NCBI RefSeq assembly: GCF_009914755.1
Contig: NC_060934.1
Direction: 5' to 3' (one strand)
Length of the DNA stretch: 64,000 bases
DNA from: the human T2T-CHM13v2.0 reference genome, Homo sapiens
Shown: piece by piece, positions 11,801 to 24,344 of the stretch
Numbering within the stretch: the first letter of the stretch is position 1
How the letters are laid out: the number at the start of each line of letters is the position of its first letter
Made by a program: the position numbers and the translations under genes
Notes under the pieces: model-generated
Databases searched by the model: none
Seen by the model: only the letters and a program-made list of their open reading frames with translations
Told to the model about the DNA's origin: nothing

Positions 11801-14800
11801 GGAGCCCGGCTCCTCTGTAGTCTCTTTTTGGTTCTATTCTATGTTTATTTTTAGAGTGTTTGGGGACAACATTGGTTATGTTATTCTAAACCAACCAAAT
11901 TTGCTTTAGAACACACAATCTTTGCACATGATATTTCCCTGACATGTTTAGACATCTTCAAGTATATTAGAGATAAAAGTTACAGGCATTGCTTGCAGCA
12001 CATATGGGGCAAAGACGTCCGGTATTCTTCGTAGATAGATATGGAAACGATTCAGAGAAAATTTACATTTATTAAGGTGCTCACGCTTGTGCTTCTTTGC
12101 AGCTTTGACCTCATTTTTGGAGGCTTAACTGCTCTAAATGACTTTTTCCCCTTTTTGGAATGCAGCTAAAAAGCATAGCACTGAAAAGCAGTTTTGTAGT
12201 CTGGACAGAAAGGTACTATCATTTAAATAGTTGGGATTTGAATTCAGGATTGATTTAACTACTTCAGTAATTTACTTTCAACCCCAGCTCATTCCCTGTC
12301 TTTCCCCGAGAGCAGACTTCCAGTCCTGCCATGATGGGCTGAAATATGCTTGGAGTTTGGAGATAAGGACTTTTGTCCATGAGGCTCAGCTTAGACGACC
12401 AAACTCATTTCCCAGAAGACTAGAGTTTGAATCCAGTTAGGATCCTGGAGGTGAAAGGCTAGCGCCTTATCATTTAAGTATAGCTATTTAAACATAAGTT
12501 TAAAAGAGATACTGCAGGATGGAGGGACAGCGTTTCTCCTCGAAGGATAATCTTGGGGACAAGCTGGCTGGCTGTTCCCTAAAGATCAGATAGCCCTCTC
12601 CATCCCCAAATAGCTTTGGCCACCTCTGACTTCTCAAGTTCAAAAGCCAAGAATGCTTCCTCATTCCAAGATTTTCTGTTCCATGCTTGTTTTTAAAAAA
12701 AAAAAATCTAAGGAGGTGTTTAATTTTTGTTCACACACTCCATCATAAACTGACGATGGGTTTAAGTCTTAACTCCATGCCTGAAAGGAATTCCCAGCAT
12801 TTCCTCTCTCAGCTGAGGAAACTGCACGGTGCTTACCATCATCCTTCACTTGCTTGTTGCCTAGATCTCTCTAGTGTCATGTAAGTTCAATGAGGGAAGA
12901 CTTCTTTCTCTCTCTTTTTCCTGCAGTATTTCCAGTGCCTAGAACAGAGAGCCTGACATGTGGTAAATATTTAAGAGATATTGAGGAACAAATGAGTTCT
13001 TGTCTGAAGCTGAAGCCTGGGAAAACTTCATGGTATTGTAGCAAGAGGTTCCAGGAGCTAAACCTGGCTGATAGCCAGAGACATCTCAAGAGCAGCAGGG
13101 CCATTCCACAACACGAGAAGTGAGAAGCAGGAAAGCCCCTTTGGCTTCCCAGGTCTGTGAAGGAAGGAGGGCAGTTGGCTCAGTTCTGAAGCTGAGTCTA
13201 AAGGAAGCAGATTCTGAGGAAGGTGTGTTTCAGATGTCTATTGCAGTGGCATGGTGCGGAAAAGGAAACTGAAGTGGGGGACTAGTGGGACTCCTTTTTA
13301 CCAACAACGTCAAAAAATAATGTTTATTGCCATTGGCCCCCTCTAGCCCTTTCTTTCTGTGGAAATACACATCAGGGATTCCCCTCCTTAATGATAAAGA
13401 CTGTGTAATGATAAGTCTTGCATCATAAAGTGGCCTTTTTCCAGAGTAGATGAAGAAGAAAGGGGACCCAGGGAGCAAGCGGGAGGGAGCGGTGGCATTA
13501 GAGAGCCCACCAGCATGTGCCAGCCCCAGAAGGAGTCAAGGCCATCATTGCATCAGCCCACAGAGGCTTATGAGCAGCAGTATGAGCCACACAAAGTAGG
13601 CCAGGCTGCATTTAGCCACCACCGAAATCACACATTCTCTAATTTAGTTCATTTTACACTAACAACTACAAGAAACAGCTTTGAGGTCACAAGAACAAAA
13701 GACAACGATGATAATTTCCTCTGGCTCTTTTGCCAAGCCATCAGCAATTTTCTAGCTTTCTTTCCCCCACTTAAATCCACCCATCTATCTCATTATCTTG
13801 AATTCACCTTATTTTTTCTTGGAAATAAAAAAATTAATCAACCTTTTAGTAACTAGAACCCATTACAGAGATATCTTGTATTCACAGTATGTAGGCTATG
13901 ACTCAGTTATTAATTAATGCATCTTTTACCTAATTTTGACTTCGGAGCTAAGCATAGTTAATCTCATAAAAATTGTATTTTAACTTTACTAGACATACCT
14001 GTCTAGTAAAATCCATGTACACCCATGTATTTGACAGATTTATAGTACAGGTCAGTTTTGCTGCAAACCCAAGTTTATATAAATCTTTGTATTTTCAGAT
14101 TTCCTGTGGATATCAGGACTTCCTCTGGAAAATGTAAAGATAATCTTACAACATCTGAGTTTATGTCAATTAACAAATGAGGATAACAAGCTGGTTGTTT
14201 TCATTGATACTATCTGATATGGCATTGGGGATTCTTATCTAAATCTGTTTATCAACACTTTCAATCAAATCAAAAGGAAGAGATGCTTTGTAATGCAGAA
14301 ACCATTCTTTTGTCTCAGGGGTATGAGGAAACAGTTCATTCTGACAGAAGTGGCTATTGGTGAGGAATGCTTGGTAGCATTTTGGGTGGAAGCCAGATTT
14401 CCAGAATGTTATTCTAAGTGGCCTATTTTTTCACCTGGTTCCCTTACTGTACATTCTTTAGGAAGAACATTGGCACTAAGAAATCACAAATAGTCATGCG
14501 TGGGTCTTCAATCATAGGATCTTGAACCAACCTTTTGTTTTGTTACCCAATATAATGGGGGGGTTCTGCAATTCCCCTGAACTTACATAAGAACTGAGTA
14601 TCTGCCCTTCCCCATATACACATAACAGAGATGCTGCTGAATACCTCATCCCAGTCAGTTTCCTTCATGGAATGGATAGACTTGTTCTGGTCCATTTATA
14701 TCCTCTTGCCCCTCTGGACCCAGCGCACACCTCTGAGTCAGCTGACCGACTGCTGGAGGCACGGGAGATCATGGCATGGTGATAAGCCAATTGGCCCATT

Positions 14801-15477
14801 TAGGGTCAATCTCTGAATGTTGGAGCTAAGTCGACTAGCCACAAACTCCAGGGAACACACGGCTGCATCTGAAAGCATACAGGTTCATCTGCATTGCAGC
14901 ACTGCCCATTGCCACACCTGCTACCCACTGCAGCCAGTGAGAGGTGCTCTTTGAAGTTCTGCCCTTCACACGGTGCCTCATTAGTCATAGACCAACCAGG
15001 CCATGAGAAAACATCAGAATACATCTGTCACCTCTAACAATTCATGGAGCAGATTCTCCGTTTCCTTTGTTATGCTATGAATAATTCTGCAGCTTCTCCG
15101 ATTTTATTAAGAAGCCTTTCCCTTGGTTTCTCTCTGTTCTTCTCATCTAATCTCTTAATGGAAGTTGCTAATTAAATTCCTATAGCCATTTTTTTAACAG
15201 TGTTTTGAATAGCAAAGTCTGTCAACTGCAGAAAGTGTATATTCTTATCAACACGCCTGTTGCCTGGAGGAGCGAAGGCCTCGCTGACAGATGGCTGCCG
15301 AGGAAGGCCCAGCAGGCCTCGCATCTGCAGCACCTGGTGGTGGGGGCACGGGAACAAGCGCAGGGCTGGAGACGAGGGCCTGTTTGGGCTCAATCATTAG
15401 AATCCAGGTTGCTGGAGAGGTTCTGTGAATCTCAAGTGGAACTTGGCAAATTTCAGCAAAGTATTCTGGGCATGTAG
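11198..15477 (+). CDS. Hypothetical spliced ORF, 141 aa (exons 11198-11346 and 15201-15477); may be non-coding
   Basis: Acceptor tcctttgcctccgcAG (11177-78), ATG 11198, donor GG|GTAGGA (11347), acceptor ttttttaacAG (15199-200), phase-2 join in frame: MGKSSSNSVITALLMAEELHHYDNFFYSCEPKSSLLFLLSRAVIEVCLYG/VLNSKVCQLQKVYILINTPVAWRSEG...ILGM*. No known domain recognised. Confidence 0.25.
11453..11480. repeat. (AT)14 microsatellite
   Basis: Pure AT dinucleotide run. Confidence 0.95.
12878..12996 (+). mobile_element. L2 3' end
   Basis: tgtaagttcaatgagggaagac...ccagtgcctagaacagagagcctgacatgtggta. Confidence 0.75.
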
Positions 15478-16085
15478 TTGTTTCTAAGCATCTTTGGATG
15501 CTGTCCCATTAACAGTCTCGTATCCCTTTAAATCTAAGTGATAGCAAGTCTCTAAAGGGAAATTTTAAAAGCCAAGTGCCTGACATACTGTATACCAACA
15601 CGTCCTTTTATGGGACATGAGACATCAAATTGAGTTCCATTAAATGTACTTGTTGCTGTCTGGTAGGAGGTTTCGAGGCCCTCATGAATAACAAGGAATC
15701 ATCCTTTAGCCTGAATTTATATGGAAATTAAGAATGCAAATATGTTCCTTTAAAGCAACTTCGTTTTTACCCCCACATAGGTAGTCAGCAACACAATATC
15801 TTGTAGTTGTGAGTGGTTAATTGAAGGATAATCCAGTAACACAAGAATCCGTACTAAATCAGTCCCTTTAAGGGATCATTGGTCCTTGATCAAATGTTGG
15901 TACCTGCCTAAAACAAAAATTCATTTATTCTCTCAACAAATACTTTCTTCTTGCCTAATAGTTGTCGTATAATGATGCTGGGTACTAGACATACAGAGGT
16001 TGTGACAACCTGGCTCAAGAGAGCAGGCAGAGCCCACAGGTCTGCTGGCTCCTACATCCACATTTCACAAATCATCAGAACAGAG

Positions 16086-16168
16086 ATGTGAGTGTGTGAG
16101 TGACTGTGTGATTGAGTGAGTGAGAGAGAGAGAGAGAGAGTGTGTGTGTGTGTGTGTGTGCACGCGCA
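16086..16168. repeat. Compound (TGAG)/(GA)n/(TG)n microsatellite
   Basis: gtgagtgtgtgagtga...gagagagagagagagagtgtgtgtgtgtgtgtgtgtgcacgcgca. Confidence 0.9.
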
Positions 16169-16559
16169 TCCTCATAACAGTGCTGGAAACTACGAGAGAC
16201 TGACCAGGGCTTTAGGAAATTTCTGAACAATAGAAGGGATCAAATCTATGGAAAAGTACACTAAGAGTCCAGCAGAAAGTACCGCTCAAGAAAAAAGAGG
16301 GGGAAACGCCCCTGAGAGAGAAGCCATTTGGGGTTCAGCTCCAAGTTCAGAGGCAAAGGATGGAGGGAGGCAGGGAGGTTCCCTGTGGAAATTGTCTGAG
16401 TGGTTAAAAATTAACTCAGCAATTATATCTGTCTGAAAGAAATACTTACATTTGTGCAGTCTGTGTATGAAAGACGGTGAGCCTTGCTGCATGACTCGTA
16501 ATATGAAAACAACCTGATCGTCCATCTCTCAGTGAGTGAGTTACTATGAAATTATGTAG

Positions 16560-16900
16560 ATCATCATGTGTCAACATGAAAAGATCTCCAAGTCCTGATG
16601 TTAAAGGAAAAAAGCAATTTGTAGAAAACACACAGTAAAGGGAAAGAAAGAGAGAGAAATGATGATAGATGATAGATAGATAGATAGATTGATTGATTGA
16701 TAGATAGATTAATATAAATGATAGATGGATGAATGGATGGAAGGATGGATAGAGTGTATGTACACATGTTTGTGAATGGAAAACTACAGGTCTGGAAGGA
16801 GACTTACCAAATAGTTATTAAAGACTTTACCTTTTAGACACTGAATGAGGGTGTAGTAGGGTGGGGCAGACATTCACTTTTTATTATCATGTTTATGTAA
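16560..16900 (+). mobile_element. Old L1 (L1MC/ME) 3' UTR fragment
   Basis: aaaaagcaatttgtagaaaacacacag...aggtctggaaggagacttaccaaatagttatt. Confidence 0.5.
16660..16752. repeat. Compound (GATA)/(GATT)/(GGAT) tetranucleotide STR
   Basis: gatagatagatagatagattgattgattgatagatag...gatggatgaatggatgg. Confidence 0.9.
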
Positions 16901-16977
16901 TGCCTGAAATCGTATGAGGCCATATTAACATAATACATATGATTACAGGTATATAAAGTGCAAAAAAAAGAAAAAAA

Positions 16978-17320
16978 ACAGACATACTGCCCCTTCCCAA
17001 GGAGCTTACATAGGAGATAAAGGCAGGTAGGGAAAAATTATTGGCAATTCAGTGCAACAGGTGCACTGATAAAGTAACATCAAGGTGGCTTAGCTCCTCA
17101 AAAAGGTGCATGACCCGATCTAGATCACAAAGGGCTCCCCTGAAGCAGTGACAGCTAAGCTGAACTCTGAAGTTCCCACGAAGAAGTGGGGACAAGAAGC
17201 AGGGGGCCAGTCAGCAAAGTTGAGGTGCTCAGTTCAAAGTGCATATCAAAGATGAGCCTGGACAGGGATCAGGAGGAACCTGAGAGGTCGTGAAGGTCCT
17301 TGTAAGCTGTCTTGAGCCAT
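16978..17320 (-). mobile_element. L2 fragment
   Basis: cccttcccaaggagcttaca...gggctcccctgaagcagtgacagctaagctgaactctgaag. Confidence 0.7.
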
Positions 17321-18065
17321 CTCACCTCCCTCCTGAGCCTCTCACTGGGGCACATGGTGTGTCGGAGCCCCAGATGTGAGGGTGAGAACTATACCGGGGA
17401 AGCAGCGTCTTCATCTCCAGTGAGCTTATCTCACTGTCTCCCTTCTCCAACAAGACACCGACTGCTCAGAGACACACAGAATTGCGTGGAAGTGACTGAG
17501 ACAGCCTCTCTGGAGGTTGGGTCATCAGTTGGAATTCTTCTCTCCAGTTGGGCCTTTGGGCCACCCCCATGACATCTTCATTCTTTCTTTCCTGCTGGCC
17601 CAAGCTGCTCTCTGCTGGTGGTCAAGATGATTCAGGTAAGGATGACAGAGCAGGCACCTCTTTCTTCATCCCTTTTCTCTGCCTTCTGCTAAGATCAGCC
17701 AACTACTAATAAACTCCTGCCCAGAAAATTTTACTTCCTGAAACCTTTCAGAAAACTTACAAGTGGACCAGTCACTCCTTCAAGAAGCATGGACTTGAGG
17801 TCAAGTGCACGGACTTTCCATGATACCAAGAGGGTTTAGGGGTAGGGGAGTTACACAGTCAAGGCAGGAGAGGAGAGCTGCTTTTTCCTGAAGTAGCAGC
17901 TCATACATTCCCCACAGCACTGCAGCTTTCCAGAAGGTTTCATGCTTGGTCTTTCCTGAGTCCAAGCTGGCATCGGAGAAGAACAGGAATGGCTCTCAGT
18001 GCTTGGCATAGCCCCGTGCAAACTCCAGTGAGTGTGTGCTTGAAGGACAGGTGCCACATCAGCAC

Positions 18066-18526
18066 TGGATCGGCTTCCTAGGGCTGCAGCAGCAAAATGC
18101 CACAAACCAGATGGCTTAAACTGACAGAAAGTTATACTCTTGCAGTTCTGGAGTCTAGAAGTCTAAAATAAAGGGGCCAGCAGGGCCGTGCCCCCACTGA
18201 AGGCCATAGGGGAGAATTCTTCCTTCAGTCTTCTGGCTCTGGTTGCCTCCAGGCCTTCCTTGGCTTGTGACTGCATCACTCCAATCTCTGCCTCTGTCTT
18301 TACTTTGCTTTCCTTCTGTGTCTGTGTCTTCTCTTTTTCTGTCTCCTGCAAGAACACTTGTCATGAGATTTAGGGTCCGCCCATGTAATACAAGATGATC
18401 TCATCTTAATATCTTTACCTTAACTATATCTGCAAAGATCCTTTTTCCAAATAAGCTCACATTCATAGGTTCCTGGGGTCAGGATGTGGACCTATCTTTT
18501 GGAGGGGCATAATTCAACCCTCCATA
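18066..18526 (-). mobile_element. MLT1C-like MaLR solo LTR
   Basis: agggctgc..caaaatgccacaaac...gcagttctggag.ctagaagtc...gcatcactccaatctctgcctc...atctgcaaaga.cct.tttccaaataag...aattcaaccc. Confidence 0.9.
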
Positions 18527-19266
18527 GGTGCCTAGTAATCTTGTTGCTATTCTTGAGGCCTTTGTTCTCATTTTCTTTACCAGGTTCAGAGTCGGTTTTA
18601 GCCCTCACACTTGGTTTAACATCTATCTAGGATGCTATTTTGCATAAAAGGAGAACAGCAGATAAAATGATGTGGCTTTAGAGATGAGATTCAGTACCCT
18701 CTTTAGTTAGATGCAAAAATAAGCCAGAAAAATCTACTTGCTTGCCCAAAGTCACAGTTTAGACACAGAGCGGAGACTCAAATTCAGGAGACCTTTCCAC
18801 CACCCCATGTTTTGGAGGTACAAGGTTCTAAGTACTTATGTTTGACCTCGGTTTCAGGCTGGGTATTAGGCAGACGACAGTTATTTTGAGGAGAAAATAT
18901 TAAAAATAAATAGTACGTTCATCTTGCAACTTCTTATCCTATAGCAGGGCCTTGAAAATTCCACTCCTGTTGGGCAGAACAGAACTAGGATCACTCAGAT
19001 TGTTGAATACTTTCTTGGTTATTTCTCACCTCGTCCCAGTAAAGGAATCTGCCTCTTGATTTTCAGAAAGTTTTGGTGTACTAAACTGTGCTTTGATCCA
19101 ATTAGAGAAAAAACTACGCCAAATGCTATGAAAACAAAACATTTTAGTTCATGAACTTGAAGAAGTGTTATCAAGGCCTTTAGCTCAGTCTGGTAAACCA
19201 AGGAGTAGGATAGCACACTTCAAAGACTGGGCAGTATTTTTCTTGGGACCTGAATTAGGAAAGAAT

Positions 19267-19300
19267 GGGGCTGGGGAGGAGTGGGGTAGGTGGGGGCGGG
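19267..19300 (+). other. G-quadruplex-forming motif
   Basis: GGGGctGGGGaggagtGGGGtaggtGGGGGcGGG, five G-runs with loops of 1-6 nt. Confidence 0.7.
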
Positions 19301-21336
19301 TGTCCTTTGGACTCGCTTACAAGGCTTGGCTTGATAGGAGCACTGGGTGCCTGTGAATATCTGTTATGTAATGCATACCCCAAGCAGTTGTAAAGTCATT
19401 CAGACAATGGTCACACTTGGGAAGTTTCCAACTCATGAATACTGCAGATAGCCCATTTTCTTCACCTTCAGTTGAATCTGATACTTTTGAATAGACTGTG
19501 AGGTGTTCGGGACTTTATCTGAGCCAGAGCCGCTAAGCTGAAAGGAGACGTGAATGGAGGAGGGAGTCATTCAAAAAACGCTTTCATTTGGTTTCAGAAA
19601 CACTTTCTTTGTTTTGACGTGCTCAGAACATCATCTATTTGAAGTCTGGCTCCACTAGAGTTTTTATCTCCAAAGCAAGAAAAATATGGTAATTTTAAAT
19701 AAATAAGCCACCACAACAAAATGTATTTGGGGGAAAAAAAAACTGTTTCCGAGGAGATTTGTGCATTTTGAACATGGGTAATGCCTGTATAAAAGTCTAA
19801 ATGAGTGACTCTAAGCTATAGTCTGTCTTTCTCTTTGTTCTTTAAGAAAATATTCACATCTCTCCAACTAAATTAACATATATTATCACAAATGTGTCAT
19901 TCTCAAATTTCCTGAGCTTGGCTTATCACTCACCGTTCTTTTTTTTTTTTTTTTTTTGCTCATGACTGTCTTTCTGAAAACAAAACAACATTATTCACAC
20001 CAATAAGTGTAACAGGCACAATGGGAGAAAGTGCTGGAAGCGACTTCTTTGTACTTATCGGGGTGACCTCTCACTCTTGGCGTTTCCTTTCTTCGCCTCT
20101 CTGTAGTCACGTCTCTGAGAAGGAACTGTGGAACTCTATGTTCCATTAATGTCCCCACACCCATTTGTCCTCTACACGCCCTTTGTGCTCTGGGAGAATT
20201 CAGCATCCAGGCAAAATCTAACTCCTGACTTTATTCTGCAGCTGACAACAGTGTATCTTGTTTAAAGAGAAATACTCGATTCCTTTCATTGTCTTAATTC
20301 ATAGGTGGTTTAAATGGCTAGAGAAAAAGCCTAAGTCTCCTGAGCTTGAATAAAAAATAAAATGAACCATTTACTTAATGCCCCATTTGAAGCCACGGGC
20401 CCTTTGGAGAGTTTGGCCAGACCATTTGTAAGATTGGAGATGGTATTTGCATACATTCCCACACCTGGGAGTGAATCTGTGTAATAGACACTTGGATATA
20501 TACCAGTGAGAAATACAAGTTGGGAGTGTCTACCAGGGAGGAGATCTCAGCCCATACTAAATTCTAATTCAGGTCAGGAAAACAGAGTTCCCTAGCAAGA
20601 TTCCTTTTATATCCAAATTTAAGATTCAGAACCAAAACAGCAGAGAAAGAGAATTCAGAATTTTCTGTCTAATGCCAGTGGGATACTAAGAGTATTACTT
20701 TCAGATTCACCATTTAAAGCAACTTACCACTAAAAATATCTCCTGATGAAATGGAAACTGAACCCCCTACCAGGATATTAGAAATTATGCAGAAACAGGT
20801 TATAGTTTTCTGACTTTATTAAGATAGATTTCTTTGTGTGACCTGAGAGGCAAATACCATTGACACAAGTTGCTAAATGCTTACGGATTAGGATAATGAC
20901 ACGAAATAGCTTGAGCTCTGCTATTTTTGCAATAGACAAATTTAGGTATAAAGCATATTACTTATCTTTGCCTGATGTTTATATTTCTCATAAACTTTTC
21001 AGTCAATCTAATTTTTTAAATCAAAATATAACCAAAGCCCTAGAGGTTGCTCAGGTTAAAAATATATTTTAACTATGACTATCATAGGAACACTAGTGAC
21101 CAAAAATGTATTTTACCAATGACTCCCAGAAATCTAAGCTTTCAGAATTTTCAGAACCACCAGAATAGAAACAGACTTTGGTGGACCCCGGATTTTTATT
21201 TTTGTTTTTGTTTTAACAAACCCCACCTCTTTCTCCAGCATCTTATCAGTACATGCAGGCCATTTATGATTTTTCCTACATATTCATTCCTTTCTCGGAG
21301 AAATTTAAGACTTTATTACCAATTTTGGTGGATATT

Positions 21337-21406
21337 CTGTCTAACTTTTATGTTGGACAGGACTTAAGAGACCCTGAGCCAAATGGGGCCCCTGTTTCTG
21401 TTGCTT
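21337..21406 (+). repeat. 70-bp dispersed direct repeat, copy 1
   Basis: About 90% identical to 22655-22723 (6 mismatches, 1 indel). Confidence 0.9.
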
Positions 21407-21440
21407 CCAGACAGTGAAGGACCTGAAGGCTGAACTGGGG

Positions 21441-21494
21441 TGTGTGTGTGTGTGTGTGTGTCTATGTGTGTGTGTGTGTGTACATGTGTGTGTG
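21441..21494. repeat. Interrupted (TG)n microsatellite
   Basis: TG runs separated by tcta and taca. Confidence 0.95.
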
Positions 21495-22654
21495 TTGGGG
21501 TGGGGGCAGTTGCTCTGTCTTTTCCTTAAATTTTCTTATAAGTCACCTCTAATGAGCAGAAGTTGTATGCAAACTCCCTAAAGAGAGGGCAGGTAAATTG
21601 TTTCTTAATTCTGCTCAGCCACCACGGATCAACATTTATTCCTCTGGCTCAAAAATTACAAAGTTGGTTCATGCCTGGATGCTTAAGCCTGTGGGGACTC
21701 GAGAACTCTAAACCGTACTGGGCCTTGACAGGCAGAATGTCTGTAAAATTACTCTGAAAACATTAAATCTTCATGGCTGGGAGATTAAGACTCTCTTCCT
21801 CAGTGTAGGTATTTTTTAGTACAGAGTGTTAAAATCGACTTGCCTTTGTTAAAGCTTCCATGTTCCTACGGTTTCCACCTAAGCCAGTAAGGAGACATAG
21901 GGATGTATTTTTTGGTGCTAGAACACTGTAAAGACCGTGCCCGTATCAGGGGCACACACAGAGCTTTTCTTGAAATAGACTTTTGGTGTAAGCCTTTTTC
22001 TGAAATAAGGCTTTGGGGAAAACAAAAAGAAAGAAAAAAAGCTACCTGCTCTGATTAGGCTCACAAAGAGACTACAGTACTCCACATTATCTTAAGAAAA
22101 ACAAAAGCCCGAAAGCACAGCCCACAGCCTTTCCATCAAGTAGCAGGCATTAAAGTACATTAGCTCTATCATTTGTATGTCTATAAATATCAATAAAGTA
22201 TGTGATTTGGCTTCACTTTCACACAAAGAAGGAGGACTATCCTTTTCAGGAAATTTCGCAGAGACACTCACCAACAAAAGTTCAGTAACTTAATCTTTGG
22301 AAAGCTCAATAATGCTGAGTTCAAAATTGCAGGTTTTAAACTAATGTACCTGATAAGTGCTGATGGCAGAACTAAAGCGAGCCATTATTAGGTAATCCAA
22401 TATTCCCAATCCCGGTTATCTGTAACAGAGAAGAGCCTCCCTAAAACAGCAGTAATGTGTTCACATCTACATTCATCTCTGAAGTCAAAAAGAGGCATTC
22501 TTCATGGGCTTTATCTGTTTCCAAATGTCTGCCTCCACAAGGAGTGATTTCGCACTGCTGAGGCAACTATGCAGATGACTCCAATATCTTTGTCCAATGG
22601 GTGCTATTTCTTATGGCTCTCCGGGACTCTGTCCTACAGGCTGGACTTTCACAG

Positions 22655-22723
22655 CTGTCTGGCTTTTATGTTGAACAGAACTTAGAGACCCTGAGCCAAA
22701 TGGGGCCTCTGCTTCTGTTGCTT
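22655..22723 (+). repeat. 70-bp dispersed direct repeat, copy 2
   Basis: ctgtctggcttttatgttgaacagaacttagagaccctgagccaaatggggcctctgcttctgttgctt. Confidence 0.9.
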
Positions 22724-24166
22724 ATAAGGGGTGGGGGAAGTTGGTCAGGGTTTTTTTCTCTTCTATGTGTCATACTGCTTCCAACTTTTCTCCAGCACAA
22801 GTTTTCCCTTGCAAGGTGTCATGGTGCCTATGGAGAGGGTTTGTAGAGCATCCCTCATGCAAATTTATTTGCACAGGGCCGCTTATCACTGCTGTTGGTT
22901 TGAAACATCTATCTTGTTTCTCCTGAGTGGCAGATCCTACTTCCAGAGCTGAAATAAACATGGTCCTCAAACTATTCGTTATTCAGTAACACTTTAAGAG
23001 ATAAGGTGAAAAAAGGTAAAACTTATTCAAGGTGCCGCATTTGTCCTGCCTCCCTCCTATGGCAACATGGACAGCGACTCTTTTATTACATTTGTGTGTT
23101 GCACAGTTTTACATGTTCTAACTTGGAATTAAATTTATTTTTTAAAGATATTTTTAAACCAGAATCTAAGCCTGAATTAAGATAATCCCAATAAGATCCA
23201 GAGTGTAGGATGGCAGGTGGATAACTTAGAATGGGGCTACCACTTCTTTTCTCCACAGTCTCGAAGGGTTCTTGCCTGGAAACACACATTTTCATAAACA
23301 AATATATTGACATATGTGAATTTGCATGTTTCATCTTACGAGTCCAACAGAATTAAGTTAATAAGTACAATCTTTGGGAAATGCATGCAAGGGCAGGGGC
23401 AGTGACAGGAGCCTGCTGAGTAGAACATTAGTGTTCTTTCACTAGCCTCCCACCCTGGACTAGTTCACAGGAGACATCTTAGGACGGAAAAGAAGGATCA
23501 AAACAAGGACTCTCCCTCAAAAATAGGCACTCTGATAATTTTGTTATGAGCCACTTATGATCCTACAATCTCTTTTCAGAAGTTGTGTGTGTGAAGCAGG
23601 AATTCTCTGAGAATCAGTAAGTTTTTCTATTTTATAATGACCATCTGAAGAAGGCACGTGGCTTTCTATTAAAAGTTTGGCAAGCTCCAGAGTGAAAAGA
23701 AGTAGACAGCAATCTCCCATTTACTCAGAATGGTTTAAGAACATTCAACTATTTCATACTATTAAGAGTTATCATCCATATCAAATACAGATTACCAATT
23801 TTTAAATAACCTTATCAAGCTAAACTACACCAAATTCTAAAACTATATTGAATACACTTCACCTAAAGTCAGGAACTTGCACTGCTGCCGAGGCAATGCT
23901 GAGGCCATCGGTTAACATCCTATAATCCTATAGCTATAGAAAATGTATGAGATTGAGCTGAGCACATGTTGAATTTATTAGGATACACCTGGGGGAACTG
24001 GCATTTTAAACAAGCCTGAGACTTCAGCTTCTTATTGTCAACTGTTTCTTGCTAATAAAAGTAGAGCACAGAATGTGAAAAAATTCAATTAAGGTGTTGG
24101 AGATGTAGTAGTGTGGAGGTTATGAGCTCAAATGGACACCATAAGTAACGTAAGTTACATCTAGAG

Positions 24167-24344
24167 CAGAGATCCTCCAACATGCATGTACAACAGAATT
24201 ATGGAGCCTTTGTTGAAACAGGGTCTCAGCTCCACCTCAGGGATTCTGATTTAGTAGATTTCTTCTGAGAATTTACATTTCTAGCAAGTTCCCCAGGTGA
24301 TGCTGATGTTGTTTGGTCTGGGAACCATATTCTGAGAACTGTTG
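24167..24344. mobile_element. MER5A hAT MITE with 8-bp TSD
   Basis: gattctgatttagtag...catttctagcaagttccccaggtgatgctgatg...tgagaac; TSD atctagag (24159-66) / ctctagag (24345-52). Confidence 0.9.

Noticed and set aside
13515-13856. 113-aa ATG ORF with a Q/Y/E-rich start (QPTEAYEQQYEP)
   Set aside because: Resemblance to low-complexity activation domains is superficial; no processed-pseudogene hallmarks (polyA, TSD) and the rest looks random
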